DNA of 64,000 bases from Raillietiella orientalis. Lineage: Eukaryota. The stretch spans positions 496,001-560,000 of the forward strand of contig JAYWIR010000010.1 in NCBI GenBank assembly GCA_036172245.1, in the 5' to 3' direction. Within the stretch, counting starts at the first letter, position 1; every line of letters begins with the position of its first letter. Under the pieces are notes generated by a model. The model saw nothing but the letters and a program-made list of their open reading frames with translations, had not been told where the DNA came from and did no database searches. The translations under genes and the position numbers were made by a program. Shown here piece by piece: positions 47,516 to 60,780 of this stretch.

Positions 47516-50500
47516 CACATGCGTCCGGCCGGGATGGGATGCTAACGAGCACATGGGTCTCCCCGTACGCACGCACGTAGGCGCGCGCTTCCAAGTTGAC
47601 CCCCCAGGCATGAAGCCGTCCGCCTGCCCGCCTCGAGGCAGGTCGCATGCACGAAATATCCTAATAAACAAATATATTACCGTCTTTTTAAACAAAAATT
47701 CAAATAGTAAATACGGACATTAAAATGATTGAGAGCCGTCCCATCATCTCTTCCAACTGTAGCCATTCGCTGCTGCCACCAGACGTTTAACGGCTCCTTC
47801 ACTTTGAAAATTCGCCAAAAAAAAAAAAAAAGAAAGAAAGACAGAGAAAAAAAGGAAAAACAACACAAAACAAAAAGGCGCGCGCGAGAGAGAAGGAGGG
47901 AGGGAAAGGAAGAAGAAAAATTCCTTCTCGACGTGCGCCGGAGTGCATTTATTTCTCAGATGGGTCGAGGGCCGCACAATAAAAGGCCGCGGGCCACGGG
48001 TTACGCATCCCTGGAACACGCGACGGGACACCGCTCGGAACAGAACGGTGTGTCCTCTCCGGACACTTCGTCGCCTTCGGACTTTTCGGCCAGAGCTTTC
48101 TGTTGGCGTCTGTTTCCGGGCGACCATTATCGGAGGAGAGAGGCCGGAGAGCTGCTGCTGCTGCTGCTGTTGCGCGTCGTTCGTTCGCGGCTTCCAACGG
48201 GTGAGCGGACGTGTGTTCTCCAGCCCGCTGCTGCGAGGTTTCCTCCCCCACCCCCCCTCTCCCCCTTCCGGCCGACCGGAGGAGGTGGTCGTCAGGGTGT
48301 GGACGCCCAGCTCGCGGCCGCCAAGTGCAAGCGGAGGCGTCTCCCCCGCTCATGGAGCTCTTCGGAATTTCGGACGGAAGAGGGGGACTGCTGCCTCGTG
48401 CCCAAGACGTCAGTGCTCTCCATGTCGCTATATTTAGGTCTCGGCCGAATCCAGATCGGCTTCTCGCACCTCCGTTCCTCTCATTCCATTCGGAAAGAAG
48501 AGGAGGAGGGAAAGACACACACACACGCGCGCGCGGATCTCGCTATCATGAGAGTCGCCCGCTGCCAAAAACTCCGCAGCCTTCGGGTTCGGGCGAAAGA
48601 CGTGTCTTCTTCGCACGCGGAGGTTCGATTCCGAGCACGCGAGCGGTCCGCGACGGCAGCGCCTCTAGCGGCGCGAAAAGCGCGTTCTCCATCCGGCGCT
48701 TTCCGCGCGCGCTCCCCAGGCGCGACAGAAAAAAAAAAAAAGGGAGGCCCTGCTGCCGGATGTGTAGGTCCTGCGAGCCGGGAGGCTGCGCGCGTGCACG
48801 GCTTTCGCCCAGATGCGTACACGCGCGTGTTCGGTACATGTCGTGCGTGCGCGCAGCGGTGTACACTCCTTCGTGCGGCCAGGACGCGCGACAGTGGACG
48901 TCCGGTGGCATCCGCCAGCGTCCTCCTCCTTTTCTTCTTCTTCCTCCCGCCGGTAACGTAGAGTACCCCTGCCGGCGTTCCCCCCCCTCCGCGCTTCCAA
49001 AAAAAAAAAAGGGAAGAAGGAGAAAAAAGAGGAATTCGGGAAAGGCGGGTCTCCCCCGTCCAGCTTTTCGAAGCGACTCGTATCGGCGCTTCCCTATCTG
49101 CGATCGCGCGAGGCAATCGCGAGATGCGCTGCTCCGACGCAGGAACTGCGTTTGTTTGGAGGATTCGTCAAGGTTTCTACCGACGCGGCCGTCCCCAGCA
49201 TCCTGCATTGCATTACAATTTATCAGTGCGGTGCGCCAAGTGAACGATTGTGCTGCTGCGGCTGCAGAGGAGGGGGAGGAAGGAGCGCGCGGGCTCCTGA
49301 CCGTGGCCGCTTCACCGTCGGATCCTCTTCGCGGATGCAGCCTCAAAGACACCGATCCCCGCGCGTCTTCTCCTTCCCTCTTTCCGTTCTTCCTTTTCCT
49401 TTCGATTTAAAAATAATCCGACCGCGGGAAGGATGGCCCGCTCGAGTTTGATGTTTAAAAATGGAACGGTCGCTGCGGAGCGGCACGCCCAGCCGGCGAT
49501 GGTTCCCATCCATCGGTCAGACTCGGCTTCGTTCCGATCGGCAGTGGCCGTTCGCCACGCCGCCGTTTTCTCCGCGTCGTCGAGGTCGAGCGGGCGGAGG
49601 GAGGGGAAGCTGCCCGGACGTTTCCAAGGCCCCGGTCCCGCGCCGAATTTCACCCTTTTTGCAATCCCCTCTGCGGCCCGCGCGCGGGGACCAGCAGAGG
49701 AAGAGGAACCCGTGAGCCTCCCCTCCTTGGAGTCGACCTGAAATGCTCGCTGACATTCTTTCTTTCTCCTCCTTCCCTCCCCCCTCATTCATCCTCCCAG
49801 TCTCCTCGCCCTCTCGCGGTCGTGTCCCGCCATACCAGCGTCCTGCGTGTTTTTTTCTCCTTTCCTTTTCTTATTTGTCCCAGCTGCTAAGCTGACTCTT
49901 TTGTCGCCTGTTGTTTCCCGGATGGATTTCATTCTTGCACAAGCTGCTCGTCAAGGGTAACCCACCTCGGCTGCCGGCCTGGGTTCAGGGGTGAGCAGCT
50001 TTCGGTGCAATGAATGGCTTCTTCCGCAGGGAGGGAGGGAGGGACGGAGGGAGGGAGAAGGAGGAGGCAGAAAGGATGAGGGAGCGGGTCAAGGGGGGGA
50101 GGCTTCCCGGCCGGCGGGGGCGCGCGCGAGCGTTGTGAAGGCTGCAGGAGTTGCTCCCCTCCTGGGGGACGGGTCCTGTCGCCATAAAGCGGCGGCCGTG
50201 AGAAGCGTAGGGTCGGCATGAGAGACCGAGTTACGCGCGGCACCCCTGCAAGAGAACCGGCCACGTAAGAAAGAGGGAGAAGGGAGGGGGGAGGGCATCC
50301 CCTCCCACGCCTCCGTGGAGTCCAACGGGAGCTGCCGCTGCCGCCGCCGCTTTTCTCCCGAGGGAGGACACCGTGTGACGTCACGCGAGGCGGGATCGGG
50401 TGTCGTGCCTCGTCTCTCCGAGCACCCAGAGGGGTGGGTAGGATAGGGGGAAGGAGAGTCCGTCGCCGGAGCCATCCCCTCCCCCGCCTACCGCGAGGAC

Positions 50501-51199
50501 TCGCGCCCACACCCCAAGAGGTTTCCAGGAAGCTGCAAGGACGTGGCTCCGGCCTCCTTCCGCAGTCTCCCACTCCTCTGGACCACTCCCGCCCGGGGCT
50601 GTCTCTGCTTCTGCCGAGACGTCTTCTTCCCCTCATCTTCCCGTGACCCTCCGTCAGCGCTCGGGAACGCCACGCCGCCTACTTATCGGCCGTCGGGGTT
50701 GTTGGGATGGCGGGTCCGCTGATGGAGTCCCCCGGCGCCGCCGCTGCAGTCCTCGTTCGTGGGCCCGGAAGCCCAGGGAGCAGCAGCAGCTCCTCAACCG
50801 GAAGAGGACGCCGCGCCTCTCGGAGGAGCGCGAACAAGGGAGCGCGCGGATGGATGGAGGGGGACGTTTGCAGGTGACGGTGGGTTCCTCCCACTGCAGG
50901 AGGCCAGGGACGCTTTCGAGATCGTCCGGGTGAGTCCCTTCGCTGCGCCAACGAGGAAGCCATGTCGGCTGAGACAGTGACTCAAAGGGGGGGAGGAGAT
51001 CTACTCGCCGTCGTCCGTCGTCCCGCGGCCTTCTCGAGCGCCCCGTCGAGACGCGCGCGCATCCTCCACCGCCCGCAGGAACCACGCGATACGCCGCACC
51101 GGTCCGCGTCCTCCAAGTCGCCTCCGCTCTCTCCTTCGCGTGCGTAGAGGCCACGTTGGTGCGAAAGAAGAGGAGGAGGAAGGGAGGAGGACGACGGCA

Positions 51200-51360
51200 G
51201 AGCGCGTACTCCGACGGGACGCACCGAGAGGACAGCAGCCGTGAGAAGGGGCGCTCGCTCCGTGCTCGCTGGTCGCCCGCCGGTCTTCGTCCTCGACTAT
51301 CAGAGCACGCTCGCGTCCACCGGTGGACGAGGAGCACTCCCGGAAGTGTCCAGCCACTCG
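51200..51360 (+). mobile_element. Decayed LINE RT fragment, paralogous to 34110-34290
   Basis: Shared 28-nt core and downstream similarity; reads TERTAAVR. Confidence 0.5.
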
Positions 51361-52804
51361 ACGGGAACCCTGCCCTTCCCCCCCCCCCCCGCGACCACCG
51401 TGCCGAGGGGCGGGGGCGCTGCTGCCGTTCGTTCGCTCGCCCGACGAAGGTAACCCGCGATCCTCTGCATGAAGGAACGCCGGTCTGTCGGCCGCCCGAC
51501 GGACCGACAGGAGAAAGAGCTGACCCCGGGAAGCCCTTGCTGGGGTCAGCAGCTCCTAGAGACGGCTTCTGCTTCCAGGAGGCGGGGGGCTCAACCTGCC
51601 GATGGATTCCGTGGGAGCAGCGGATGCGCGAGCCCGACGACGCGGATTGAGCCCCACATCGGAGGGGCTCTGAGGATGAGGTCGGCAGTCGCCTGTGGCG
51701 GCGGCGCCTCATTAAAAGATTTGCGTACCTGGAAGGAGAGGACGTGCGGTTCCCTGCTCACGTCGGCTTGTTTTTCGGCTCCCGACGGAGGTCATGACTC
51801 GGTCTCCTTCACCGCGGTCCTCTTAGTTCGGGGTGCGCCCAGGGGACCTTTAGCGCGTGGAGCCGACCCAGGAACTCCTCCGCGTCGTGGGAAATGCGAC
51901 CCTTCCTTGCAGCAATGGGTCCTTTGCGGGTCGTGCGGAGCAGCAGCCGAACTCCTGAAGAGGAGGCTACCCCTCGGGTAGCCTGGAGACAGGCAGGAGC
52001 GCGCCGTTTCCAGGAGACCCGGGGGGAAAGGGGGTACGAGTACAGTGTAACCTCGCGGATTCCCTGGGGAATCCGCAAGACCTCCTGAGAGACGGGTGGA
52101 CCGTCCTAGCGAGACGCAGACCGCAGCGGAAGACGACGTGGGCCCACGGGGTGGTGAGGCGGGGTGATGGACTTCCCTCTGATTCCAAGCGAGGCCAAGG
52201 CGAGCCTCGGGCGCGGTGGTGCGCTGACCTCTCTTCGCGGGGATAGGAAGGCAGGGCGTACCGGTCCGTCCCTTTCCTCGCTGCCAGAGACACCGCGGAT
52301 CTCTCGGTACGGGCAGGGCCCGGCGTTCCCTTCGAGTCTCCCCGGTAGGAGAGGGCAGACTGGACCCGCAGGCTGGACTCCTCCGAAGAGCTGCCGTAGC
52401 GATGGGAGCTCAGTCAGCTGCTCCTCGAGGAGGAGGAGAGGACCCGCCGCCGCGCAGATCCCTCGAGAGACGAAATGACCTGCCCCACCGCACCCCCTTT
52501 AAAAAAAAAAAAAAGGGAAGAAAAATAGGCACTGCACACACCCCTGTTCCATGGCGGACTCATCTTCCTAGCGGTGACCCTTTGGTCGGGAGCTTTGCAA
52601 GAGACGCAGAACGGAGCAACTCATTGCAACTCTTGGGAAAAGTCTTGTGCAGTAATCACCACCAGCGGCCGCTAACGGTGTGTCCGCTGACCCTCCGATA
52701 TGTCCGCGCCATTCGATTCCACCCGACCGATTTCCGATTGCATCTTTCAGCTCCCCAGGAACTGATTTATTGGAGATTCCTCTCCAGAGGCCGCAGCAGC
52801 AGCA

Positions 52805-53190
52805 TTGGAATGCATCTGGGTCGCTTCCGAGGTCCCTGGCGGAATGTCTGTTGCACGGCATCCCGGTCGCTCGCTTTGCCCTTCCCGTGTCCGGAACGAA
52901 GATGGGTTGCGCGAAGGAAGGACACTCTGTAGGGAAAGGGACCGGATAACCAGGAGTGGCCCCTGTCGTAATGCAGGAGAAGCGAAGACCGGGGGGAGGT
53001 CAAACAGACGCCGCCGCCCTAAGCTTGGAAGAATTTCTAGATCCACGAGCGCGAGCGGTTGGTTCCTGATGGGTGCCGCAGTGACTCGACGGGAAAACTG
53101 GAACCTGGGTTCCATCAGATTGGTGGATGACGCCACCGCGCCATCTGAGTTGGCAGGGTGCCACCAGCCTTCGGACCCCGCAACAACCCT
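52805..53190 (+). mobile_element. Decayed apurinic-type (APE) endonuclease of a LINE
   Basis: Remnants in order: LECIWV, PVVM.G, LEEFLD, VTRRENWNLGSIRLV and PSD, resembling ExxWV, xxxGDFN, LxxFL, PTR....IDLV and SDH. Confidence 0.35.
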
Positions 53191-56049
53191 TCCTCCTCGG
53201 CCTTCCTGAACGCAGTCGCCCGAACTGACCTCGTGGCGGTGTCTTCTTCCACTTCGTCCCACTACGCACGTCACTTCCTTCCTGATGATCGCAGCCTCCG
53301 AGCTTCCTCCCTCCGAGCGGGTCATCCGATTCGCAACGGTTCCCAAAAACCAATTACAGCATCTCCCTGACAACGTGTTTCTCGTTCTATCCATTCCCAG
53401 TGTGCTGTAAATTTCGCACAGTCTCTTCCAGCCTCGCGGCGTCCCTCTTCGGGTTGGTAAGTCCCTCTATCTCCCTGATGACCAGCTGCCTTCCTTCATG
53501 CCATGAGGAGACGGCACGAGCATGGCTCGCGGTCGCCGGTTTGGAACCACCGCCAGGGAGACCCGGCTCGCGAAGAGCTGGCGAGACCTCAGTTCACTGC
53601 CGCCTTCGAAGAAGCGCCATCGGCGTGTGTGTCGAGCGCGCGCCCACCATCTACCGCTCCCGGAGGAGATTCGCCATCTGCGCGATGCGAAGGCGCAACT
53701 CCACCGCGCCGGGCGCGACGGCCAGCTGCTGCTGCTGCGCTTCCGGGATGATGAAGACGCGAAGCTCCAGTCCGCGCCCGGTTTTCCTCTCCCTCGAGCG
53801 CTCCGACCGTCCTCCCGAAGAGGCGCGGGGGTACACGCGCGCACCGACCGGGAAGGGAGACCTTCCGAGCGCGCGCGGGGCATCCACGAACCAGAAAGGG
53901 AATGCGCTCTCCGCGAACTCCTCAGCTGAACCCAGCATCAGCTGGGCTGCAGATCGGGCAGGGGGGGTCCACCTCCTTCCATTCCGGGCATCGCGACTGG
54001 CATCCGGTTCGTTCGCTGGTGCCAGAAGGGGGCTCTTGAAAACACCGGAGGAAGCGCGTTCGGTCCATGCAGTCCTCGAGTACGTGCGTGCCCTGACCGC
54101 ATTTTCTAATCGGACATGGGCGCGCCGGACGCTGCAAGAGACGGAGTACCCACAGACGCAAGGGTAGAGGGAGAGAGAAGCAAAAATTTCAGGAAGAGGC
54201 GGGAGATTCGGTTTCATCTTTTTCAAGGAGCAACTCTGTCGCAGAATGAGCCGTTTGCCCACGAGATGACAGACAGCGTCATCGCAGCTCATTACAAGCC
54301 TGCGAACCGGCTAAATTTAGGTTCTTCTGTCCGGAAAGTTCTGCGCGCAGCTCTGGTTCGATAGGGAACACCAGAGGCCAACCCTGGAGCGCGTTTCGCC
54401 ACGTGCTAACAAGGCGATCCATCCCAACGGCTTTCGGAGTACATCGTGGGATGTTCCCATTACGTAAGCGCTAAACTCATGCGTCTTGTTCGGTTGGGAG
54501 TGGGGCTGCTGCTGTTACTACCTCGGTATTCCCTTGGTTTCCGAACCGCGGGACTCGTTACCTCGTTCCCATTAACCGGAAGGGAGGGAGAAGCAAAAAA
54601 CAAAAAGAAAAAAAAACGAAAGTAGGTTAGGATTGGCCAGAGCCGTGCACGCCTCGGAGCGGACCCACCGACGCGAGCTACACCCACGCCTCTTCCACCC
54701 GCGTTGGTGCTCCTACAGGGAGCATCCCCCCCCCCCCCTCCCCGGTGCGCGCGCACGCCGGTCAGGTGAGGCCAAGCAGGCCTGGGCGGCGCACAGCTTC
54801 CGTGTCCTCGCAGGAGAAGAGGGTGGGTGCGCGCACCGTCGGAGGATCCCCGAAGGCACGCCGTATAGACCACCGTGCCCCAGGCTGCTCGTGGACGTAG
54901 GGCAGCGGTACGCTTGCCCTACGTCCACGAGTTGAACTATCTTCGAGATTGGATTCGAAGGATGGGGGGAAAGTGTACACGCGCGCATTTTTTTTTCCTC
55001 CCCGAGAAGCATTCCCGTTCGCTCCCTAAAGGGGAATGTTGATTCCTGGGGAAGATTGGCATCCAATCGAAGATATCCGTTTGCATCGACCACTTGTTCT
55101 TCCGTAAGAGTCGAGTATGGAGCATTTGCTCGGTATAAATGGGTTTCGGGAACGAACAGGATTAAGGTTCAATCGCGGTGTCTTCAGATTTCTCAAAATC
55201 CAAGGAGCCGAAAAATTGGTTTCTTTTTTTTTCCCTTCTTCTTCTTCCTGCTTCTTTACGGGAGAAATTCTCGGATTGTTTCAGAGCATCCCAAACGATC
55301 GCCCCTCCGTCTCCCCCCGTCCTTTCTTTCTTTTTTCTTTTCTCTCCTCTCCTCTCTCGGATGAACCGAAATCCTCCTGGTGAGGTTGGCAGGGATGGGT
55401 CGGCTGCAAAGCTCAGCGTGAAGCGTGCAGCTTCCTTGTGCTGCTTCTGCGTATCTCAGACAGTGCGTGACTGTCGTGATGGTGCGGGGAAAATTCCTCC
55501 CTGTACCTGTCGTATCTGTCGGGTGTTCGTCCGTCCGTTCCCGTCTGCTGTTAGCACCCGTCTGAAAAGTTTGTTGGGAAGAATACTTTAGGACGCGCTG
55601 CCCTCGCAGTGGAGGCTTTTCCGGAAGACGTCCCCCCTGGGGGTCGTTCCATTTCCCCTGTCCCTCAGTATTTGGCCACCGCCTCTCCCGCGCGACCCCG
55701 TGATAGAAGCGCATTCGGAGCGCGAGAGGGTTAGGCGGCGGAAAGGCTGCTGCTGCTTCTTATGGACCGTTTTCGTAAGCCTCGTAATGAATGAAAGACC
55801 AATGGATTTTTTTTTCTTCTTCTCTCCGCTGGCTTCGCGGATGAGTCGATGATTGTGATGGACGTGCAGCTTCCGAAGACGCGCGTGGGACGACGGGAAT
55901 TACCGACGGACAAAATCACCGTTTCGCCGCACGCAGGTGCTGACTGACCGAAGCTGACGAACCGCCTCCTATCCAGAGCTGTTGCTGCTCCGGCGTTCCA
56001 TCCTGCGCCGCATTTTCATTTCTTCCCGCCATCCCGAATGGCGCTGCAG

Positions 56050-56540
56050 CTTTTGGCGAGCGGCCGCTGAGGATTGACCTCCCTCACCTCTTTCTCCCCA
56101 CGGTCTTCTTTACCTTCTTTCCAATCGCAAGAACCCTCCGTGAATGGAGACCCACGCGTCCTCTCCTTCCTCCTCTTCACCAGGGCCGTTTTCGTGAAGG
56201 CACCCTCTCTCCCGCCTCCTGAGCTTCGGACTGGGGGGGGGGAACGAAGGGTCCACTGCGCGCACAGGAAGGATCTTGCTGCTCTCAAAGGTCGCGACGC
56301 GTTTCTCTGGCTTCAGCGGCGCCCGCTCACAGAGCAGGACGTCCATCTCGAGTTTCGCTTGGCGTCGACCGCCATGCTGATCGTTCCAGAAGGGACGCCA
56401 AGGCGAATCTTCGGGTATGGTCGGCTCCCGACCACGGGACCGGCCCCCCAATCTTGCCGGGTCCACCGTTCGCGACGCAGCTGGACTCGAGGTTCGTCCA
56501 CGTGGACGCCGCTGCGCAGCGCCTGCGGGCGAAACGCAGC
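56050..56540 (-). mobile_element. Decayed LINE RT core and thumb
   Basis: In order across frameshifts: LRSGV/PRGRTSSP (GVPQGSxLSP), YP.EDSPW (YADDxxxW), LKPEKRVATF (LNPxKT...F) and GSPFTEGSCDW (LGVxxDxxLxW). Confidence 0.45.
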
Positions 56541-59500
56541 TGCAGACTTGCTCCCCGTCTCCCGATCCACTTTCATTCCCTTTTTTTTCTTTCTTTCGAA
56601 TCGGAGGTGCCGGCTGCTCCACACGCAGGAGCCACGTTCTTCAGGCGGACTTCAGGCACGAAAGGGAGTCCTCCGTCACGCTGCCGCTCTGGCCGTCCTC
56701 TCCTCCAGCCGTCGAACTCATTTCTCCTCGAGAGCCCCCGTTGGATCATCCTTGTGCGGAATGGGACGTTTCCGGGACCATTCCTAAGCATCCCCTCGCT
56801 GACCGATTAACGAATCTCCGGTTTCCCTGCTCTCCTTTCGCTCCTAGCCTCCTCCTGAATGACCCCAACAAAGGGGGACTTTAATCCAATTGATACCCCA
56901 TTTGCAGATTAAGTCGATCCATTGATCTCTCCTCACTCACAACAAGATGCGACGACACCGAAACCTTCCAGTCATCTTCTGTAGATCGACGGAAGCCGCC
57001 TCCGTCCTCCGGATCCCGTTCGCCCACTCACCCTACCCTTCCCTCCCGCCCCCCCCCCTTCAACCCCGCAATCCCTGACGAGACGTTGGGAGGCGGGCGG
57101 AAGGCGCCCCTGCCGCTCCCGTCCCAGCCCTCTGGCCGCGTCTTCCCTTCCAGCATCCTCTAAGGGGAACGGAGCACTCCCGTTCTTCTTCGGCACGCTC
57201 GGCTGCTCGACCCCTTCCCTCCTCCTCGATCGCCAGTCGGCTGTTCGCGCACACGGCTTTTTACGGGGCGCCTGGCAACCGGCGCGGCGTCGAACCCGGA
57301 CGACCCGGGCGAGACTGCGCTCGGAGGGAGGAAGCACCATCTTCACCGCCGCTTCCTTTCTTGGAGGCTGGGCGGCTCGCTGACCGGCTCGCGGCGGCCA
57401 CGAGGGCTCTTCTCGCTTCCGGGCTCCTGGCCGCAGGCTTCTCTTCCTCCCGAGTGCCGACGCACTTCCGAGGGCGCCGCCGCTGTCGTCAGCCTCCTCC
57501 CTCGCCGACCAGAGGGTGAGGCGCTCGAGAGGATGGAGAGGCCCGAGATCGCGTCCGCGACCGCCATCTCCCGGGTCCTCCCGCTCCCTCAGCCCCGCCT
57601 TCCCCAAGTCCTCGCTGTTCTTCCGCGGTGAGTTCGTTTTCCTCTTTTCTTGTTCCTCGCTTGGCGGTCACCGCCTGCTGCAGGGCGTGCGTGGAAGTGC
57701 GCCGAAAAGCGCCGCCGAACCGGACAGAGGAAGACGGAACGAGAGCGAACGCAGCGGAACCCCTCGGCCCGGGAGGGGCTTTCGGCAGTCCGGGACGCTC
57801 TTGGCATGGGTGGGGCGTGGGGAGGGGTGAAGCTCTTGCGGTCGCTGCCGTCCGGTCGAAAAGGGGGTGCGGAGGGAGCCCGCGGTGGGCGCTCTCATCC
57901 CGTCCGGACCGAAGCTGCTGGATGCAGACTAAGCCGTGGCTTTGCCGAAGATTACGCGGATGGGGATTAGGCCATCGAGTTCAAGCCGGGACTCGGGATC
58001 CGCCGCCAAGGAGGAAGGAGCGCCGGGCGATCTGCCGCTGCTGCGAGACCCCGATAAGTTGCCGCGAGTCGATTTCCGACGCGGAAGCCCCGGATGCAGC
58101 CAGGGAACCAGTTTGAGGCGCGCCCCGTTGCGAGGTGCCCCCTCCGGCCGACGGCGGATCCGCCGTGGATGCGCGAGGAGCGCCGACCGTAATGATGACG
58201 AGCGAGGTGGAAATAGAGCGACACCTAATGTGGAGCGATGGCATCGGACAGGAGCGGACCTGGAAGATAAGCGGCGGCGGCGTCTCTTGGTGCGCGACCG
58301 GAGTCTGCGCCCGAAGGAGGAGAGGAGCGCGGAAAACAGCGCCGAGGCGCGCTGGCGGCGGCAGGGCCCGCGCGTCCCGGGGCAAGCTTTCCTGTCGACG
58401 TCTTCGGACCACCGGGACGCCGTGGACGCCGTGGCGAGCGAGCCAGCCACCCGGGGGCCACGAGCCGCTCCGCGCGGGGGGGGGGGGGAGAGCAGCTTAC
58501 CGGGCAGACGCGTCCCCTCCGCGTTTCGGGATCGGGCGAGAAGGCAGCTCCTCCGGATGGCGGCTCGGCGCTGCCGCCGCCCATCTCCCGGTCCCGCCCG
58601 CGATTTTTTCCATACTCGGAATCGTAAAGCGTGCCTTTCTGATGGGAGCGCATCGAGTGCTGATCTCGATCGCATCTTCCGTTTGACAAGTTCGATTCGA
58701 TCTAAACGATCATGGATGGAGATGATGAGAACAACGATGGAACGTGACGTTCTTCGTCACTTCCTCGCGGAAGACGCTGATATAGGAGCAGCACCTCGAG
58801 AGAAAAAGTATCGGACGAGCTGCTTGCGATTCGGACGGTGTGTCCCCATGGAAACGAACATCGTATCTTTGGAATATCTGGATGCGGTAGGCGATGCGCG
58901 CTATTCGTGCACCTTATCTTGCGCGCGCGCGCGCGTAATCAAACGTAAGCACTTTGATTTCCTTCTTTCCTCCTTTTTTTCCCCTTCTTCTTCTTCTCCC
59001 CCTCCCCCTTTCCGCGGAAAGCGCATTCCGAGCTCTGCCCGACCCTCTGCCCCGGGTCCAGCGGGTGGTGGTGGTGGGGGGGGGGGGGTGTAGCAGCGGT
59101 CGCCGGGCAACAATGATGGAGCGGTCTGTCCCTCTGCCGGGCGAGCCCAACCGGGGAAAAGTGCGTAAAAGTGAAAGTAAACCGATAGAGAGGAAATGCA
59201 AGGCAGAAGGAATTAAGTAATGATTTCTGCCTGACAAAAAACGGACACTGAGTGTTTCACAATTTGGAAAGTATCCGACGTTCCACTCGTGGCCTTTTTT
59301 TCCTCCTTTTTTTCCCTGTTCGACGCCCAAGGAGGAACACACACGACTTTTCGAGCCGCCGAGCCACATGCGCGCGAGCGGCGATCGATCCGTCTCGCAA
59401 TTTCGCTTCGAACGTCTTCCCGCGACGCCTCCTGGCAGGAGGGGCCCCTCTGCCGGGGCAAGCCGCGGTCCCCCGGGCCCGGGCAGCTTCCGCAGGGCCA

Positions 59501-60719
59501 CGGAGGGAGCCAGGGAGGGAGAGGGGAAAGGGCAGCGGGAGGAGGGGCGACGCCCACCCGCGCACCCAGCGGTGTTCTTCCGCTCCGTTTCCGACCGTCC
59601 GGGGCCAGCCCGGATCCGCGGCACAGGGCGGCGGAGGACCCGGGGGGATCCCCGGCCCCTTCCGGGGACGCGCTGCTCGCCCCCCTCGACCGCGCTCCTT
59701 TCCCGGAGGCGAGTTTTCTCTCGTGTCATCACACGTTCCCGCCGTTCCGTGTTGTCCCTGCAGGACACGCGCGCGCGCGCGCGCGCGCGCGGACACGGGG
59801 GGGGAGGGGGACGGGGGGGGGGGAGACGGCTGTTTGTCCGTCGGCGTGGCCTCTCGGAGCGGCGAACATCGATCGGCCGCTGCGCGCCTTCGGCCTGGCC
59901 GAGGAGGACGGCTGCTCTCGGATCGCGCGCGCGAGATGAAATCAATCATAGCGCCGCGATCCCTCCACGTTTTCCGAATGCAGCGGGACGGGAGGAGGAG
60001 GCTGCGGAGATCGGAGGCTGCGGCGATCGGAGGCGACTCTTTCGAGTGCTGCTCGGCGGTGATTTAGGGTTTCGAGAACTTCCGAGAGAATTTCGCAATT
60101 TCCGAGGATCGCTCGCGCGCTCACACACACCGCGCGTCCATCCGTCCGCCCAGCAGCAGCAGCAGCAGCAGCAGCCTCTGTCTGACTCGCCTCGTTTCGC
60201 GTCTCCCCCGCCCCTCCCCCTCTCTCGGGTTCATCTCCGCGCTCGTGGGTTCGCCGAGCGGACGGACGCTCGAGCGAACCCAACGGGAAGATGCTGCTGC
60301 TGCTGCACATGCCATGGGAACGGCCTTGCCTTGCTAATTCCCTGTTGCCCGGGAAGAAACAGTACCGCGGGGTTTTCTTGAGGGAGGAAGAGGGGGGGGG
60401 GGGATCGAAAACAAGGGAATGTAGTCGGCAGTTTCGAAAAGCTTCCCCATACCCACCTTGGGCGATGCGGGCCGGAGCGTCCCGGAGGCGAACGGAAGAC
60501 CATAGGCTACGATTGGGGCATCTTTGGCCGCAGCGACATCACCTTGCCTACGAAAGAGGGGTCCGGCCGTCGCGACTGCTGCTTGCCTGCAGACGATGGT
60601 CGTGGGGCACACCGGAGAGGGAGAGAGAGAGAGAGAGAGAGGGGGGGAGAGCGCGGAGGGGAGGGGGCAGGGACGACGACTTGTTGCTCGCTGCTGTTGT
60701 CAGGTGAAGGACACTGAGG

Positions 60720-60780
60720 TTGTTGTTGTTGTGTTTTTGTGTGTGTGTGTGTGTGTGTGTATGTGTGTGTGCGTTTGTGT
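60720..60780 (+). repeat. (GTT)n / (GT)n microsatellite
   Basis: Directly visible. Confidence 0.95.

Noticed and set aside
47677..47868. EPLNVWW, resembling the hAT transposase dimerisation motif
   Set aside because: The downstream P.L..LA and SER.FS motifs are missing.
51955..52015. Hammerhead-like CTGAAGA followed by a 9-bp hairpin (AGGCTACCC/GGGTAGCCT)
   Set aside because: The GAAA core reads GAGA and stem I cannot be formed in register.
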